Assembly (NCBI GenBank): GCA_027488265.1
Contig: JAIYCA010000301.1
Coordinates: 1 to 38,348, forward strand
Direction of reading: 5' to 3'
Length of the DNA: 38,348 nucleotides
From: Planctomycetaceae bacterium
GTDB lineage: Bacteria; Planctomycetota; Phycisphaerae; Phycisphaerales; SM1A02
Shown: piece after piece, positions 9,867 through 23,404 of the stretch
Numbering within the stretch: position 1 is the stretch's first letter
Layout: every line of letters begins with the position of its first letter
Position numbers and translations under genes: made by a program
The notes under the pieces: model-generated
The model's database searches: none
What the model saw: only the letters and a program-made list of their open reading frames with translations
What the model was told of the DNA's origin: nothing

Positions 9867-11024
9867 CTACTTCGCTGCGCCGGCGGCCCCGCCAGCATTC
9901 GGAATGGCGTCGGGCTTGACCGTGCCATCCTTGTTGAACTTGTCGAGGTTCTTCATCATGTCGATCAAGGCTTGAATGCCGCGATCGCTGAGTTGTCCCT
10001 TGAAGGTGGGCATCACGTTGCCATAGGGGTCAACGAGGTGCTTGCCGGGGTTGAGAATCGACTCGCGGAGGTAACCCTCCGGCGTCTCGTATTCCTTGCC
10101 TGGTCCGATGATGTCACCAAGGTTCTTACCGCCGTCGATCTTGTGCGTCGAGCCAGCCTTGGTGCGTTCCCAGACGTTTCCGTTGCCGTCGTAGTTGCCC
10201 CACGATGGACCGGTGCCGACCGAGCCATCGAGCGTGTGGCAACTCGCACACGCGCGATAGAGTTGCGGGCCGGCCTTCCACCAGAGGTCTTCGTCGGACA
10301 CCTTGTCGAGCCAGCGACCTTGTTCCACAACCCAGTTGTCGAACTCGGTCTCGGGCAACACGAACACCTTGCGGTTCATCTCGGAGTGGCCAGTACCGCA
10401 GAACTCCGTGCAGAAGATGTGGTGGAAATCCTCACCTTCGGTCGGGTTGTCCGCTTGGAACCAAAGGCTGGTGTAGCGTCCCGGCACAACGTCTTGCTTG
10501 ACACGGAAATCGCGGATGTAGAAAGAGTGCAGGACGTCTTCGCTGCGCATGACGAGCTTGACTGGGCGGCCCGCCGGAACGTAGAGGTCATCGCTGATCG
10601 CACCGTTCGGGTACTTGAACTTCCAGTACCACTTCGCCGCGGTCACATCGATCTGATAGGCGTTGTCGGGCACCGTCTTCGCGATGATGAATCCCTTGAA
10701 GCCAATGAAGAAGATGAACACCACGATGATCGTCGGGATGATCGTCCAACCGAGTTCGAGCATCGTGTGGTGGTTCGGACCACGCGCGTAAACCTCACGG
10801 CCGCGCTGGCGGTACTTCCACATGAAGACAAACATGATGCCGATGACGAGGACGAAGAAGAAGTAATTGATGTAGTTGATGAAGTTGAAGATCCAGTCGA
10901 TCTCCGGCGCGATCGTGGACGCACCTTCCGGGAGCCAGAACGTCTTGGGCGTGACCGGCAGACCAGCGCCGAGCGCTGGATCGTTGGTGGCCTGAGAGAG
11001 GAGGGTTGGGATCATGTTCAACAC
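9867..11024 (-). CDS. ctaC: Cytochrome c oxidase subunit II with fused C-terminal c-type cytochrome (caa3-type)
   Basis: CuA site (LHSF ... HIFCTEFCGTGHSEM). C-terminal CASCH heme motif with a downstream Met (NVMPTF). Two N-terminal TM helices. GTG at 11024 or ATG at 11015. Confidence 0.9.
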   Translation of the reverse strand: MLNMIPTLLSQATNDPALGAGLPVTPKTFWLPEGASTIAPEIDWIFNFINYINYFFFVLVIGIMFVFMWKYRQRGREVYARGPNHHTMLELGWTIIPTIIVVFIFFIGFKGFIIAKTVPDNAYQIDVTAAKWYWKFKYPNGAISDDLYVPAGRPVKLVMRSEDVLHSFYIRDFRVKQDVVPGRYTSLWFQADNPTEGEDFHHIFCTEFCGTGHSEMNRKVFVLPETEFDNWVVEQGRWLDKVSDEDLWWKAGPQLYRACASCHTLDGSVGTGPSWGNYDGNGNVWERTKAGSTHKIDGGKNLGDIIGPGKEYETPEGYLRESILNPGKHLVDPYGNVMPTFKGQLSDRGIQALIDMMKNLDKFNKDGTVKPDAIPNAGGAAGAAK

Positions 11025-11090
11025 TTTCGTTCGCCTTCGTCTTGTTTTCCGCGCTCAGTGAACGCGGGTCAAACTCGCTCAAATTGCAAC

Positions 11091-11130
11091 CACACGGATT
11101 ACACCCACACGAACTACACGACTTACACGG
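11091..11130. repeat. 8-nt periodic ACAC(G)-containing repeat, about 5 units
   Basis: cacacgga/ttacaccc/acacgaac/tacacgac/ttacacgg read directly. Spans the SCO1 stop codon (11123-11125) and the SCO1-ctaC spacer. Degenerate. Confidence 0.45.
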
Positions 11131-12031
11131 CTGAGGAGTTGGTCAACTCGCTTTGCTTCTCTGATTGCGCCTTCTCTTGCTTGAGCAACTCGCGCTTCTT
11201 GCGGAGTTCGGTGCGCCAGAACGCGCCGAGCCCGAGCCCAAGCGCAACCAGCGTGACCGCCCCACCGATCGTCATAACTTTGCGCGCCTGCAGCACGTAG
11301 CCGCGCGCATCGGGGTCGTAAATGTGGCACCACAGAATGAAGCGGTCGAGCGTTGTTCCGATGCGACCTTGCGAAGCCTCGAGGAGGCCCATGCGCAGAT
11401 CCTTCGGTTCAAACTTCGCGCCGTACATGTAGCGACTGATCTTGCCATCAGGCTTGATGAGGAAGATCGCCGCCGCGTGCGCGTACTCGCCGTCGGGCTG
11501 ACGCTTGAATTGGAAGCCAACCGCGTCAGCGACCGCCTTCGACATGACTTCAGTGCCCGTGAGGAAGTGCACGCCAGGCGCCGCACCTGCACGATCGAAG
11601 TCGGCGAGGTACGACTCCTTCTTCGCCTTGGCGAGCATGGCCGTCTCGGTCGGATCGATCGAAACCGAAACGAGTTCAAACTCGTTGCCGGGCGTCCAAT
11701 CGACGCCCTTGAGGCCGTCGAAGGTTCCATTCAACACCAACGAGCAAAGCATCGGGCAGCGGTTGTATCCGAGCTGCAAGAGCACCGGTCGCTTGCCATC
11801 GAAGTAATCACGCAGCGAAACCTGACGACCCGCGTCGTCGACAAATCGCGCATCGAGCGGTAACTGGGCATCGAGGTTCTCGATGATGTCGACGCCCTTC
11901 AATTCCTCTGGGACGCCGAGATTGAGTTGCGCGTGCGCGGTCGGCGTCATGGAAACCAACGCCATCGAAGCGACAAACGCAGCGGCGAGTGCCGCGCGAG
12001 TCTGTCGGATGATGTTGGATGCGTTCGTCAT
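11123..12031 (-). CDS. SCO1/SenC copper chaperone (thioredoxin fold), membrane-anchored
   Basis: N-terminal signal/anchor. CxxxC motif in the right context (LGYNRCPMLCSLVLNG) and a downstream conserved His (EYAHAAAIFLIKPDG). C-terminal TM plus a Lys/Glu-rich tail. Immediately upstream of ctaC. Confidence 0.8.
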   Translation of the reverse strand: MTNASNIIRQTRAALAAAFVASMALVSMTPTAHAQLNLGVPEELKGVDIIENLDAQLPLDARFVDDAGRQVSLRDYFDGKRPVLLQLGYNRCPMLCSLVLNGTFDGLKGVDWTPGNEFELVSVSIDPTETAMLAKAKKESYLADFDRAGAAPGVHFLTGTEVMSKAVADAVGFQFKRQPDGEYAHAAAIFLIKPDGKISRYMYGAKFEPKDLRMGLLEASQGRIGTTLDRFILWCHIYDPDARGYVLQARKVMTIGGAVTLVALGLGLGAFWRTELRKKRELLKQEKAQSEKQSELTNSSAV

Positions 12032-12082
12032 GGTGTGCTGAGGTTCAGATGGTGTGCCCCATCGGGCTTCCGTTCTCGTTTG

Positions 12083-12412
12083 TTACTTGCCCTGCTTCGC
12101 CATCAATTCCATCGCGCGCTCGATTGGGATGCGCACGCGTTCGACTTTCTTCTCGTCCACTTCTTCGACGTAGGTTCCGTATTGACCGAGCAGCCCCTGC
12201 TGCTCTTGACGAAGATCGGTCGAGAGCGCCGGTGGCACATCGAGCACGGTCTCGTCGGAGAAGTTGCGCTCAACACCGAAGAAGAGCACGCTCACCGCGA
12301 GGCAGAACACAACGAAGAAGATGATGCCGACGAAGGAGTAGAACCACGTCGAGCCCATTTCTGGATCGTCGATCTGCGTGGTCGCTTCGTTCGTGGTGGT
12401 TGCGTTGGCCAA
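12083..12412 (-). CDS. Small single-pass membrane protein between actF and sco1 (possible accessory subunit)
   Basis: 109-aa ORF with one clear TM helix (WFYSFVGIIFFVVFCLAVSVLFFGV). Co-directional and tightly spaced within the act-cox cluster. No family recognised. Confidence 0.5.
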   Translation of the reverse strand: MANATTTNEATTQIDDPEMGSTWFYSFVGIIFFVVFCLAVSVLFFGVERNFSDETVLDVPPALSTDLRQEQQGLLGQYGTYVEEVDEKKVERVRIPIERAMELMAKQGK

Positions 12413-12487
12413 GGTCGTTTCCTGACTGCGGCACTTGCCGCGAATTCACTTCTTCGTGGGCTCTTTCGAGCACTGCATCAATCGTGA

Positions 12488-13801
12488 TTACTGATTCTCA
12501 AACCGGATGCTCTCCGCGAGACGCGGGTCTTGCTTCGGAACAAGCGACACACGCGAGAGCGTGCCGAGCGTTCCAGCAGCAACCGCCGCAAGCGCGCCGA
12601 TCGCGAGGAGGAAATTCACAGGATTGCCGAAGTGGGACGGGGTATCGGCGTACTTCGCTGAGATCTCACCATAGGTCTTAAACGTACCGATGTCATGCGG
12701 AATTTCCGGCATGATCAACCAGTAAAGATCGACGTAGTGGAAGCAGAGCATCCACACCGCAGCTGCAGCAAGAACGAGCGTGCGACGCTTCTGCCACTTG
12801 CTCATCACAGCAACGAACGGGATCACAAAGTGGCCGAAGAGAAGCGCCCACGAAACAGGCGCCCAACCGCCAAGTTGACGCGCGAGGAACCAACCCGTTT
12901 CTTCTGGGATGTTCGCGTACCAAATCAGCATGTACTGGCTGAAGCCGATGTAGGCCCAGAACACCATGCCGAACGCGAAGAGCAACTTGCCCATGTCTTG
13001 GAAGTGCTCTGCGGTGACGATGCCCTTCAAGAGGCCTAGGCTTCGCAAACGCACCGTGATGAGAATCATGGCCGAGAAGCCTGCGGTTGCGCAGCCGCAG
13101 AAGAAGTAGACGCCGAACATCGTCGAGAACCACGCTGGCGAAATCGACATGATCCAGTCGAACGCAGCGAAGGTCGTCGTGAGGCCGAAGAGGATCGCGG
13201 CTGGGCCCGACCACTTCTGCATGCGCTCACTGATCGAGATGTCGCCCGATGCATCTTGGCGAACGCTGCCGCCAAAGTAGAAGCTTGCGAGCATCGCCCA
13301 CACGGCGAAGTAGACCGCGGCGCGAATCCAGAAGAACGTCGGATTCAGGAACGCTTCCTTCGCGTGCACGATGTGGTACTCGGCTTCGTTGTTGGCCTTG
13401 AGCGATTCCATGTCCGCCCAAACCCACAAGAGATTCGCCTTGCCCATGAACCAGAGCACGGCGAATGGCAGAAAGAGAATCCACACCCAGCGAAGATTCG
13501 CCGCGAGTGCTTCCGCCGGTCGGCGCACTGCAACCGACCAACCTGCACGCGTCAGGTGTTGCACGAAGACGAAGAAGAGACCACCAAGGCATGGCGTGAG
13601 CGCGAAGAGGAACGCGATCATGTACGCGCGCCAGAAGTGATGGCCATCGGTACCGAACATGCCGGTGTAACCGATCGCCGCGCCGCCGCCGAGGCCGATC
13701 ACCGCGAGCGCGATGGCGACGTTGCGGAAGCCGAGCGCAAACGCAGGGAGTTGAATGTTGGAAGTGCCGAGATCGGCATGCGTCGTAGCGTGACCCATCA
13801 C
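12488..13801 (-). CDS. actF: Alternative Complex III subunit ActF (NrfD-like membrane subunit 2)
   Basis: 437-aa polytopic protein, paralogous in architecture to the ActC ORF. Follows actE with overlapping stop/start (GTGATG region at 13796-13801). Confidence 0.7.
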   Translation of the reverse strand: MMGHATTHADLGTSNIQLPAFALGFRNVAIALAVIGLGGGAAIGYTGMFGTDGHHFWRAYMIAFLFALTPCLGGLFFVFVQHLTRAGWSVAVRRPAEALAANLRWVWILFLPFAVLWFMGKANLLWVWADMESLKANNEAEYHIVHAKEAFLNPTFFWIRAAVYFAVWAMLASFYFGGSVRQDASGDISISERMQKWSGPAAILFGLTTTFAAFDWIMSISPAWFSTMFGVYFFCGCATAGFSAMILITVRLRSLGLLKGIVTAEHFQDMGKLLFAFGMVFWAYIGFSQYMLIWYANIPEETGWFLARQLGGWAPVSWALLFGHFVIPFVAVMSKWQKRRTLVLAAAAVWMLCFHYVDLYWLIMPEIPHDIGTFKTYGEISAKYADTPSHFGNPVNFLLAIGALAAVAAGTLGTLSRVSLVPKQDPRLAESIRFENQ

Positions 13802-14508
13802 TTCACCTCACCCTGCGTCGAATTGGTCTGGAGATTGGCGCGGAGTTCCGGCGGAACGTCTTGAAGCGACGCATCCTGCGAGAGTTGCAGCGCCTGCACG
13901 TACGCGGCGATCGCCCAGCGATCTTCGAGATCGATCTGTGCGCCATAGCCCGCCATGTTGCGGATGCCGTTGGTCGCGATGTTGTAAAGCATGCCCAGTT
14001 GGTGTTCACGCACCAGCGGGTCGTGCAAGCTCTTCGCCTGCACCCAACTCGTGCCCTGCACCGGGCCTTCGCTGTTCGACATCAGTTCCATCGCGCGCTT
14101 GTTGACGGTGCCGTCACCCCAACCCGCGTAGCCGTGGCAAACCGAGCAGTAGATGTTGTAGCGCTGCTGACCACGCGCGAGGAATTCAGGCGTCATCGAC
14201 ATGCCTTCAGGCAGCGTCTCCGCCCACTTTCCATTGACAGCACCCTCATAGAGGTGCGAGTCGAGCATGGTCTCGCCTTGCGCAACCGTGCCTGCGACGG
14301 CGTAGCGCTGCGCGCGACCGTCGGCGAAGAGCGGGTTCTCTGCCTGCGACTTGAACTTCGGTTGGAAGTCCATGTCGAAGAAGATGTGCACCGCGCGATT
14401 CTCATCCGGCGTCGCGCGAACACGCGCAATCACAACGGGCGGGATCGCAAGCGCGCACGCTGCGAGAATTCCGGTGAAGATCATCCAACGTGGAGGAAGC
14501 GGAATCAT
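13798..14508 (-). CDS. actE: Alternative Complex III monoheme cytochrome c subunit ActE
   Basis: N-terminal anchor and a single CSVCH heme motif, with a downstream Met-containing segment (GIRNMAGYG). Position between actD and actF. Confidence 0.75.
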   Translation of the reverse strand: MIPLPPRWMIFTGILAACALAIPPVVIARVRATPDENRAVHIFFDMDFQPKFKSQAENPLFADGRAQRYAVAGTVAQGETMLDSHLYEGAVNGKWAETLPEGMSMTPEFLARGQQRYNIYCSVCHGYAGWGDGTVNKRAMELMSNSEGPVQGTSWVQAKSLHDPLVREHQLGMLYNIATNGIRNMAGYGAQIDLEDRWAIAAYVQALQLSQDASLQDVPPELRANLQTNSTQGEVK

Positions 14509-14511
14509 GCG

Positions 14512-15132
14512 TTAGTCCTGCACCGTTTCGATAGAGACAGGCGAGAGCGTCTTGAGGAATTCCTCAGTGCGCTTCGGAAGGAACTTCGGGTCACGTGCTT
14601 CGATCACGATGAAGAAGCGGTCGTTCGACGCGCGACGGAAACGATTCGACGTGAAGAGCGGGTGATAGAGGAGTGGCAGGCCGTTGAAGAGGAACATCAA
14701 CTTCACGGTCGCAAGCGCCGAGAAGAGGATGGTCAACTCGAACATGACGGGGATGAACGCTGGAAGGCTCATCGCGGGCTTACCCGAGATGAGGAACGGG
14801 TAGCCGTGCACCCACACTCCGGCCCACATCGGGAAGTTCCACGAGTTGGTGTACGCCTGGAGGAGGAACGCGACGAGCGTGCCTGTCGCGCCTGCGCCGA
14901 AGACAAGCCATGGCAAGATCGTGCGCTTGATACCCATCGCGCCGTCGAGGCCGTGCACTGGGAACGGCGTGTGGCAATCCCACCAGCGGTAGCCAGCATC
15001 GCGGCACTTCTCAGCGGCGGCCATGAGGTCGCCGGGCGTCTCGAATTCCGCGAGCAAGCCGTAGATCCGCGTCGGCTTCGCCGCGGGCTGGCCTGCGCCG
15101 GTTGCAGTTGGTGTTGTGACGATCGTCGCCAT
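14512..15132 (-). CDS. actD: Alternative Complex III subunit ActD (DUF3341 family)
   Basis: IYGLLAEFETPGDLMAAAEKCRDAGYRWWDCHTPFPVHGLD N-terminal domain followed by two TM helices, typical of ActD. ATG at 15132. Confidence 0.8.
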   Translation of the reverse strand: MATIVTTPTATGAGQPAAKPTRIYGLLAEFETPGDLMAAAEKCRDAGYRWWDCHTPFPVHGLDGAMGIKRTILPWLVFGAGATGTLVAFLLQAYTNSWNFPMWAGVWVHGYPFLISGKPAMSLPAFIPVMFELTILFSALATVKLMFLFNGLPLLYHPLFTSNRFRRASNDRFFIVIEARDPKFLPKRTEEFLKTLSPVSIETVQD

Positions 15133-15162
15133 GATTCAACCTTCAGGATGACTTTGAGAGTC

Positions 15163-15226
15163 CCAAGTCGCTTCGCACTTAGGTCGCTGCGCACGTAGGT
15201 CGTTGCGCACCGAAGTTGTCGTACAC
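15163..15226. repeat. 16-nt tandem repeat, 3 good copies plus 1 degenerate, in the actC-actD spacer
   Basis: ccaagtcgcttcgcac / ttaggtcgctgcgcac / gtaggtcgttgcgcac / cgaagttgtcgtacac. Adjacent-unit identity is 12/16, 14/16 and 9/16. Confidence 0.8.
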
Positions 15227-15235
15227 CTGTACTCA

Positions 15236-15262
15236 CACCGAGGACCGCATCGCGGCTCGGTG
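15236..15262 (-). other. Intercistronic stem-loop just downstream of the actC stop
   Basis: CACCGAG-ga-CCGC-atc-GCGG-CTCGGTG (plus-strand reading): 7 + 4 bp stem, no T-run. Lies inside the operon. Confidence 0.5.
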
Positions 15263-15274
15263 ATGGTTTCTCGT

Positions 15275-16747
<1,473 letters not shown>

Positions 16748-16759
16748 GGTGAGCAGCTC

Positions 16760-20026
<3,267 letters not shown>

Positions 20027-20122
20027 CGAATTCTCTCTTGGTCGCGGGTGATCTGGCTCGCGCCAGTTCCGGTCTTCGGGCTTACCTTTTGTGTTCGTTT
20101 CCGCGCGAAACGCGGCGTGCGA

Positions 20123-20776
20123 TCAGCGGTGGCAGGTCGAGCAATCTTCGCTCGGACTGATGTGGTACTTCTTCTTGAGTGCTTCGCGGTCTTCCGCGGT
20201 AAGGTCGGTCGCCGAGTCAAATCCGAGATTGGTGATCTCGCTCGTTGGGCGCAGGTTGATCTCGGGGTTGCGGTGGCACTCAAGGCACCAACCCATCGAG
20301 AGCGGCGACTTCTGATAGACGACTTCCATCGTGTCGATGCGGCCGTGGCACGAAACGCAGCCGATGCCGCGATTCACGTGCGCCGAGTGATCGAAGTACG
20401 CGAAGTCAGGCAACTTGTGGATGCGCGTCCACTCGACTGGGAGGCCAGTTTCATAACTCTCGCGCACCGGCTCGAGCTTCGGGCTCTGCGGACGAATCTG
20501 CGTGTGGCAGTTCATGCAGGTCTGCGTCGGTGGCACGCTCGCGTGCGCGGCCTTCTCGACCGACGTGTGGCAGTAGCGGCAGTCCATGCCAAGTTCACCC
20601 GCGTGGAGCGCGTGGCTGAATGGCACAGGTTGCTTTGGCTGGTAGCCAACTTCGAGCGTTTTTGGGCTGAATCCGTACGCGACGAAGAACACCGCGTAGA
20701 GCGGAATGGTGAGTGCTGCAGCGATGATCGTCGGCAGCAGAAGGTTCGACCACTTGGGGAAGAGAAACCTACTCAT
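20123..20776 (-). CDS. actA: Alternative Complex III pentaheme cytochrome c subunit ActA
   Basis: N-terminal TM anchor plus five CxxCH motifs (CRYCH, CMNCH, CVSCH, CLECH, CSTCH). First gene of the cluster. Confidence 0.85.
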   Translation of the reverse strand: MSRFLFPKWSNLLLPTIIAAALTIPLYAVFFVAYGFSPKTLEVGYQPKQPVPFSHALHAGELGMDCRYCHTSVEKAAHASVPPTQTCMNCHTQIRPQSPKLEPVRESYETGLPVEWTRIHKLPDFAYFDHSAHVNRGIGCVSCHGRIDTMEVVYQKSPLSMGWCLECHRNPEINLRPTSEITNLGFDSATDLTAEDREALKKKYHISPSEDCSTCHR

Positions 20777-20880
20777 CTCTGGAAGAGCTCCTGAGTGGAC
20801 CGCGAAGCGGGTGCAGCGCGGCCAACGAGTGACCCGTGTAAAGAACCGACAACAGAATCGAGGGAACCGAAAAAGGCTTG

Positions 20881-20914
20881 AATGGACATCGTGAAAAATC
20901 TCACGAAGTCCATT
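20881..20914. promoter_or_regulatory. Imperfect 14-bp inverted repeat with a CRP-like core (CGTGA-N6-TCACG) upstream of actA
   Basis: AATGGACATCGTGA-aaaatc-TCACGAAGTCCATT, 13/14 arm complementarity, centred about 120 nt upstream of the actA ATG. Read on the minus strand, it is followed after 6 nt by TTTTT, so it could instead be the tatD terminator. Confidence 0.35.
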
Positions 20915-21088
20915 TCGCCATACTAGACCGAGCCGCCGAGGCCGTCAATCCGTCGACAACTTGGCTCGTGATCGGCCGAGCGGTTCTCGGCCCTCCAAAC
21001 TTGTTTTGAATGTTGGGCACGCATTGGGTCGAGGGGCGCGGGTTCGTGCTTCGATGCCCTCGGCAGACGAGGCCTTGGACCGACACGC

Positions 21089-22027
21089 TTACACGCCGGT
21101 CGGGTGGACCCCAAAGAACGCTTGCGCGTTTGCAAAAACAGCCTCGCGGACGCGCTCGACCGGCTCCCCGCGGAGCGCCGCCAACGCCTCCACCACATGC
21201 ACGACGTACTTCGGGGCGTTCGGACGGACGGTCCGGTGGGGTTCGGGGGTCAGGAACGGGGCGTCGGTCTCGACCATGATCCGGTCGAGCGGGGCGAGGC
21301 GCGCGGCGTCGTGGGTGGGTTTCGCGTTTCGAAACGTCACGACACCCGTGAACGAGACTGAGGCGCCAAAGTCGAGCAAAAGCCGCATTTCGCGCGGGCC
21401 CGCCGTGAAACAGTGGAAAACGAAGCGCTCAGCGGGCAGCCCGCTCGCGCGGAGGACCGGAATCAGTTCATCAAACGCCTCGCGGCAATGGAGGACGATC
21501 GGCTTCGTGAGGGCGGGTTCTTCGCCGTGCCAGCGTGCGATTGCCTCGAGTTGAGCCTCCAGCACCGGCCGTTGGACCTCCTGCGGCGGGTCGGCGTAAT
21601 GGCGGTCGAGGCCGAGTTCGCCCCACGCGACGCACTTTGGCGACCGCCCGGCCGCCCGCATTTCTTCCCAATCGGCCGGTTCGTCGGCGTAGAGCGGGTG
21701 AACGCCGGCGCTTGCCCAGAGATTCGCGTGCGCTTCGGCAAGGGCGACGGTGCGACGGGCATCACGGGTGGTCGTTGCGATCGTGATAGCGCCGAGAACC
21801 CCTACCGCCCGCGCGTCCGCGAGGATTTCGCCGACGCGGCCTTCGTACTCGGGAAATGTGAGGTGGCAGTGGGTGTCGATCACGCGCGGAGCGTACCGCG
21901 CGTGGGCCGTGCCGCGGGGCGTCAAGGTCGGACGCGCGGTGTGGCCGTCGGGCGCGGCGTGTCTCTCAGCCCCGTCGATTCGCATCGGTGTGAAGAGTTG
22001 ACGCGTTCCGTACACTCGACGCTTCAT
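21089..22027 (-). CDS. tatD: TatD-family metal-dependent hydrolase/DNase
   Basis: Motifs VIDTHCHLTF, HCREAF, FHCFTAG and VETDAPFLTP. The ~45-aa N-terminal extension is atypical, so the start may be the internal Met at 21985. Confidence 0.8.
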   Translation of the reverse strand: MKRRVYGTRQLFTPMRIDGAERHAAPDGHTARPTLTPRGTAHARYAPRVIDTHCHLTFPEYEGRVGEILADARAVGVLGAITIATTTRDARRTVALAEAHANLWASAGVHPLYADEPADWEEMRAAGRSPKCVAWGELGLDRHYADPPQEVQRPVLEAQLEAIARWHGEEPALTKPIVLHCREAFDELIPVLRASGLPAERFVFHCFTAGPREMRLLLDFGASVSFTGVVTFRNAKPTHDAARLAPLDRIMVETDAPFLTPEPHRTVRPNAPKYVVHVVEALAALRGEPVERVREAVFANAQAFFGVHPTGV

Positions 22028-22091
22028 GTTTGGACGTCAGCGTCAACCTTCCCCCGCCGCTTCACTCGATCAGCCGACTGATCTCGGCGCG

Positions 22092-23315
22092 ATGAGTTTC
22101 GGCGATCATCTGCAGGATCTCCGCTCCCGCGTCTTCCGCGCGCTTGTCGTTCCGCTGCCGCTCGCGATCCTTCTCTTCTTCTACGCGCCGGACATCCGCG
22201 ACATACTCATTCGGCCGCTTTTTGCCGCCCAACGCGCAAACGGCCAACCCGAGCAGGTGCAGGCGCTTTCCCCCGCCGAGACCATTTCGACCGACATGAA
22301 GCTCGCGATCATCGCGGCAATCGCGTTGTCGGCGCCGTGGATCCTGCTGCAGCTTTGGCGCTTCATCGAGCCCGGGCTGTACCGCCACGAACGCCGATAC
22401 GTCCACTTCCTCGTGCCGCTCTCGGGCGTACTCACGCTGCTTGGGATCGCGCTTTTCTACTGGGTGCTGCTGCCGTTCACGCTGCTTTTCCTCGTCGGAT
22501 TCGGCGCATCGCAACCGCGCACCGTGCCAGTTCCGCCGCCGACAACGGCTGAAACGAGCGTGGACGGCGCCGCCGAAGGTCCAAGCACAACACCGCCGAC
22601 CACTTCGCCAACCACCACCTCACCTTTCAGCGGTGTGCTGAACGTGCCTGTCCTCGATGAAGATCCGCCGCAGCCGAAGGCGGGCGACGTGTGGATCTCG
22701 GCGAAGACGCAGGTGCTTCGCGTCGCGGTGCCGCTTGAGAGGATCTCACCGAACGCGCTCGTCCAAGCGACCAGCGACCTTTCCGCCGCCATCACAGGCA
22801 ACGGACCGGACGCGGCGGGCACGCTCTCGATTCTCGAAGTTCCGCTGACTGTGGTCGGCGGCATCGCGCAGGTCTATCGCTTGAGCGAGTACATCTCGTT
22901 CACGCTCCTACTCCTTCTTGGAAGCGTCGTCGCCTTCCAACTCCCCGTCGCCATCTTGTTGCTGGGCTGGGTTGGACTGATTACGCCGAAGTTCCTGCGC
23001 GAGAAGCGCCGCTGGGCGATTCTGATCATGGCGATCATCGCTGCGGTTGTGACCCCACCCGACGTGATGTCGATGGTGCTCCTCCTCGGGCCGCTTTGGG
23101 CGCTCTACGAGTTCGGCATCCTGCTCCTTGTCTTCGTTCCGGCGCACAAAGTTGCGGCAGGACGCGTGTTCTCGGGCGCAGCGACCGACCGCGACGCTGC
23201 ACAGACCGCACAGACGGACTCGTCCGACCGCCGATCGTACGAAGATGACGACTCGCGCTTGCCCGGAGGGGTGCCGCGCGACGATGACGACGCTACCCGA
23301 GGCGGATCGTCGTGA
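22092..23315 (+). CDS. tatC: Sec-independent (Tat) translocase subunit TatC with large loop insertion
   Basis: Starts MSFGDHLQDLRSRVFRAL (typical TatC N-terminus) at the ATG at 22092. Six TM segments and conserved FIEPGLY and YISF...FQLPV regions. The ORF track extends to 22026, which I regard as spurious. Confidence 0.85.
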   Translation: MSFGDHLQDLRSRVFRALVVPLPLAILLFFYAPDIRDILIRPLFAAQRANGQPEQVQALSPAETISTDMKLAIIAAIALSAPWILLQLWRFIEPGLYRHERRYVHFLVPLSGVLTLLGIALFYWVLLPFTLLFLVGFGASQPRTVPVPPPTTAETSVDGAAEGPSTTPPTTSPTTTSPFSGVLNVPVLDEDPPQPKAGDVWISAKTQVLRVAVPLERISPNALVQATSDLSAAITGNGPDAAGTLSILEVPLTVVGGIAQVYRLSEYISFTLLLLLGSVVAFQLPVAILLLGWVGLITPKFLREKRRWAILIMAIIAAVVTPPDVMSMVLLLGPLWALYEFGILLLVFVPAHKVAAGRVFSGAATDRDAAQTAQTDSSDRRSYEDDDSRLPGGVPRDDDDATRGGSS

Positions 23316-23404
23316 TCCGTCGAAGGAGTGACCGACTCGGTGGATGGTCACGGACTGGCCGTGCAAGCGTCGCGCTCGTACGGATCGGTCGGAGGCGGAG
23401 ACGA

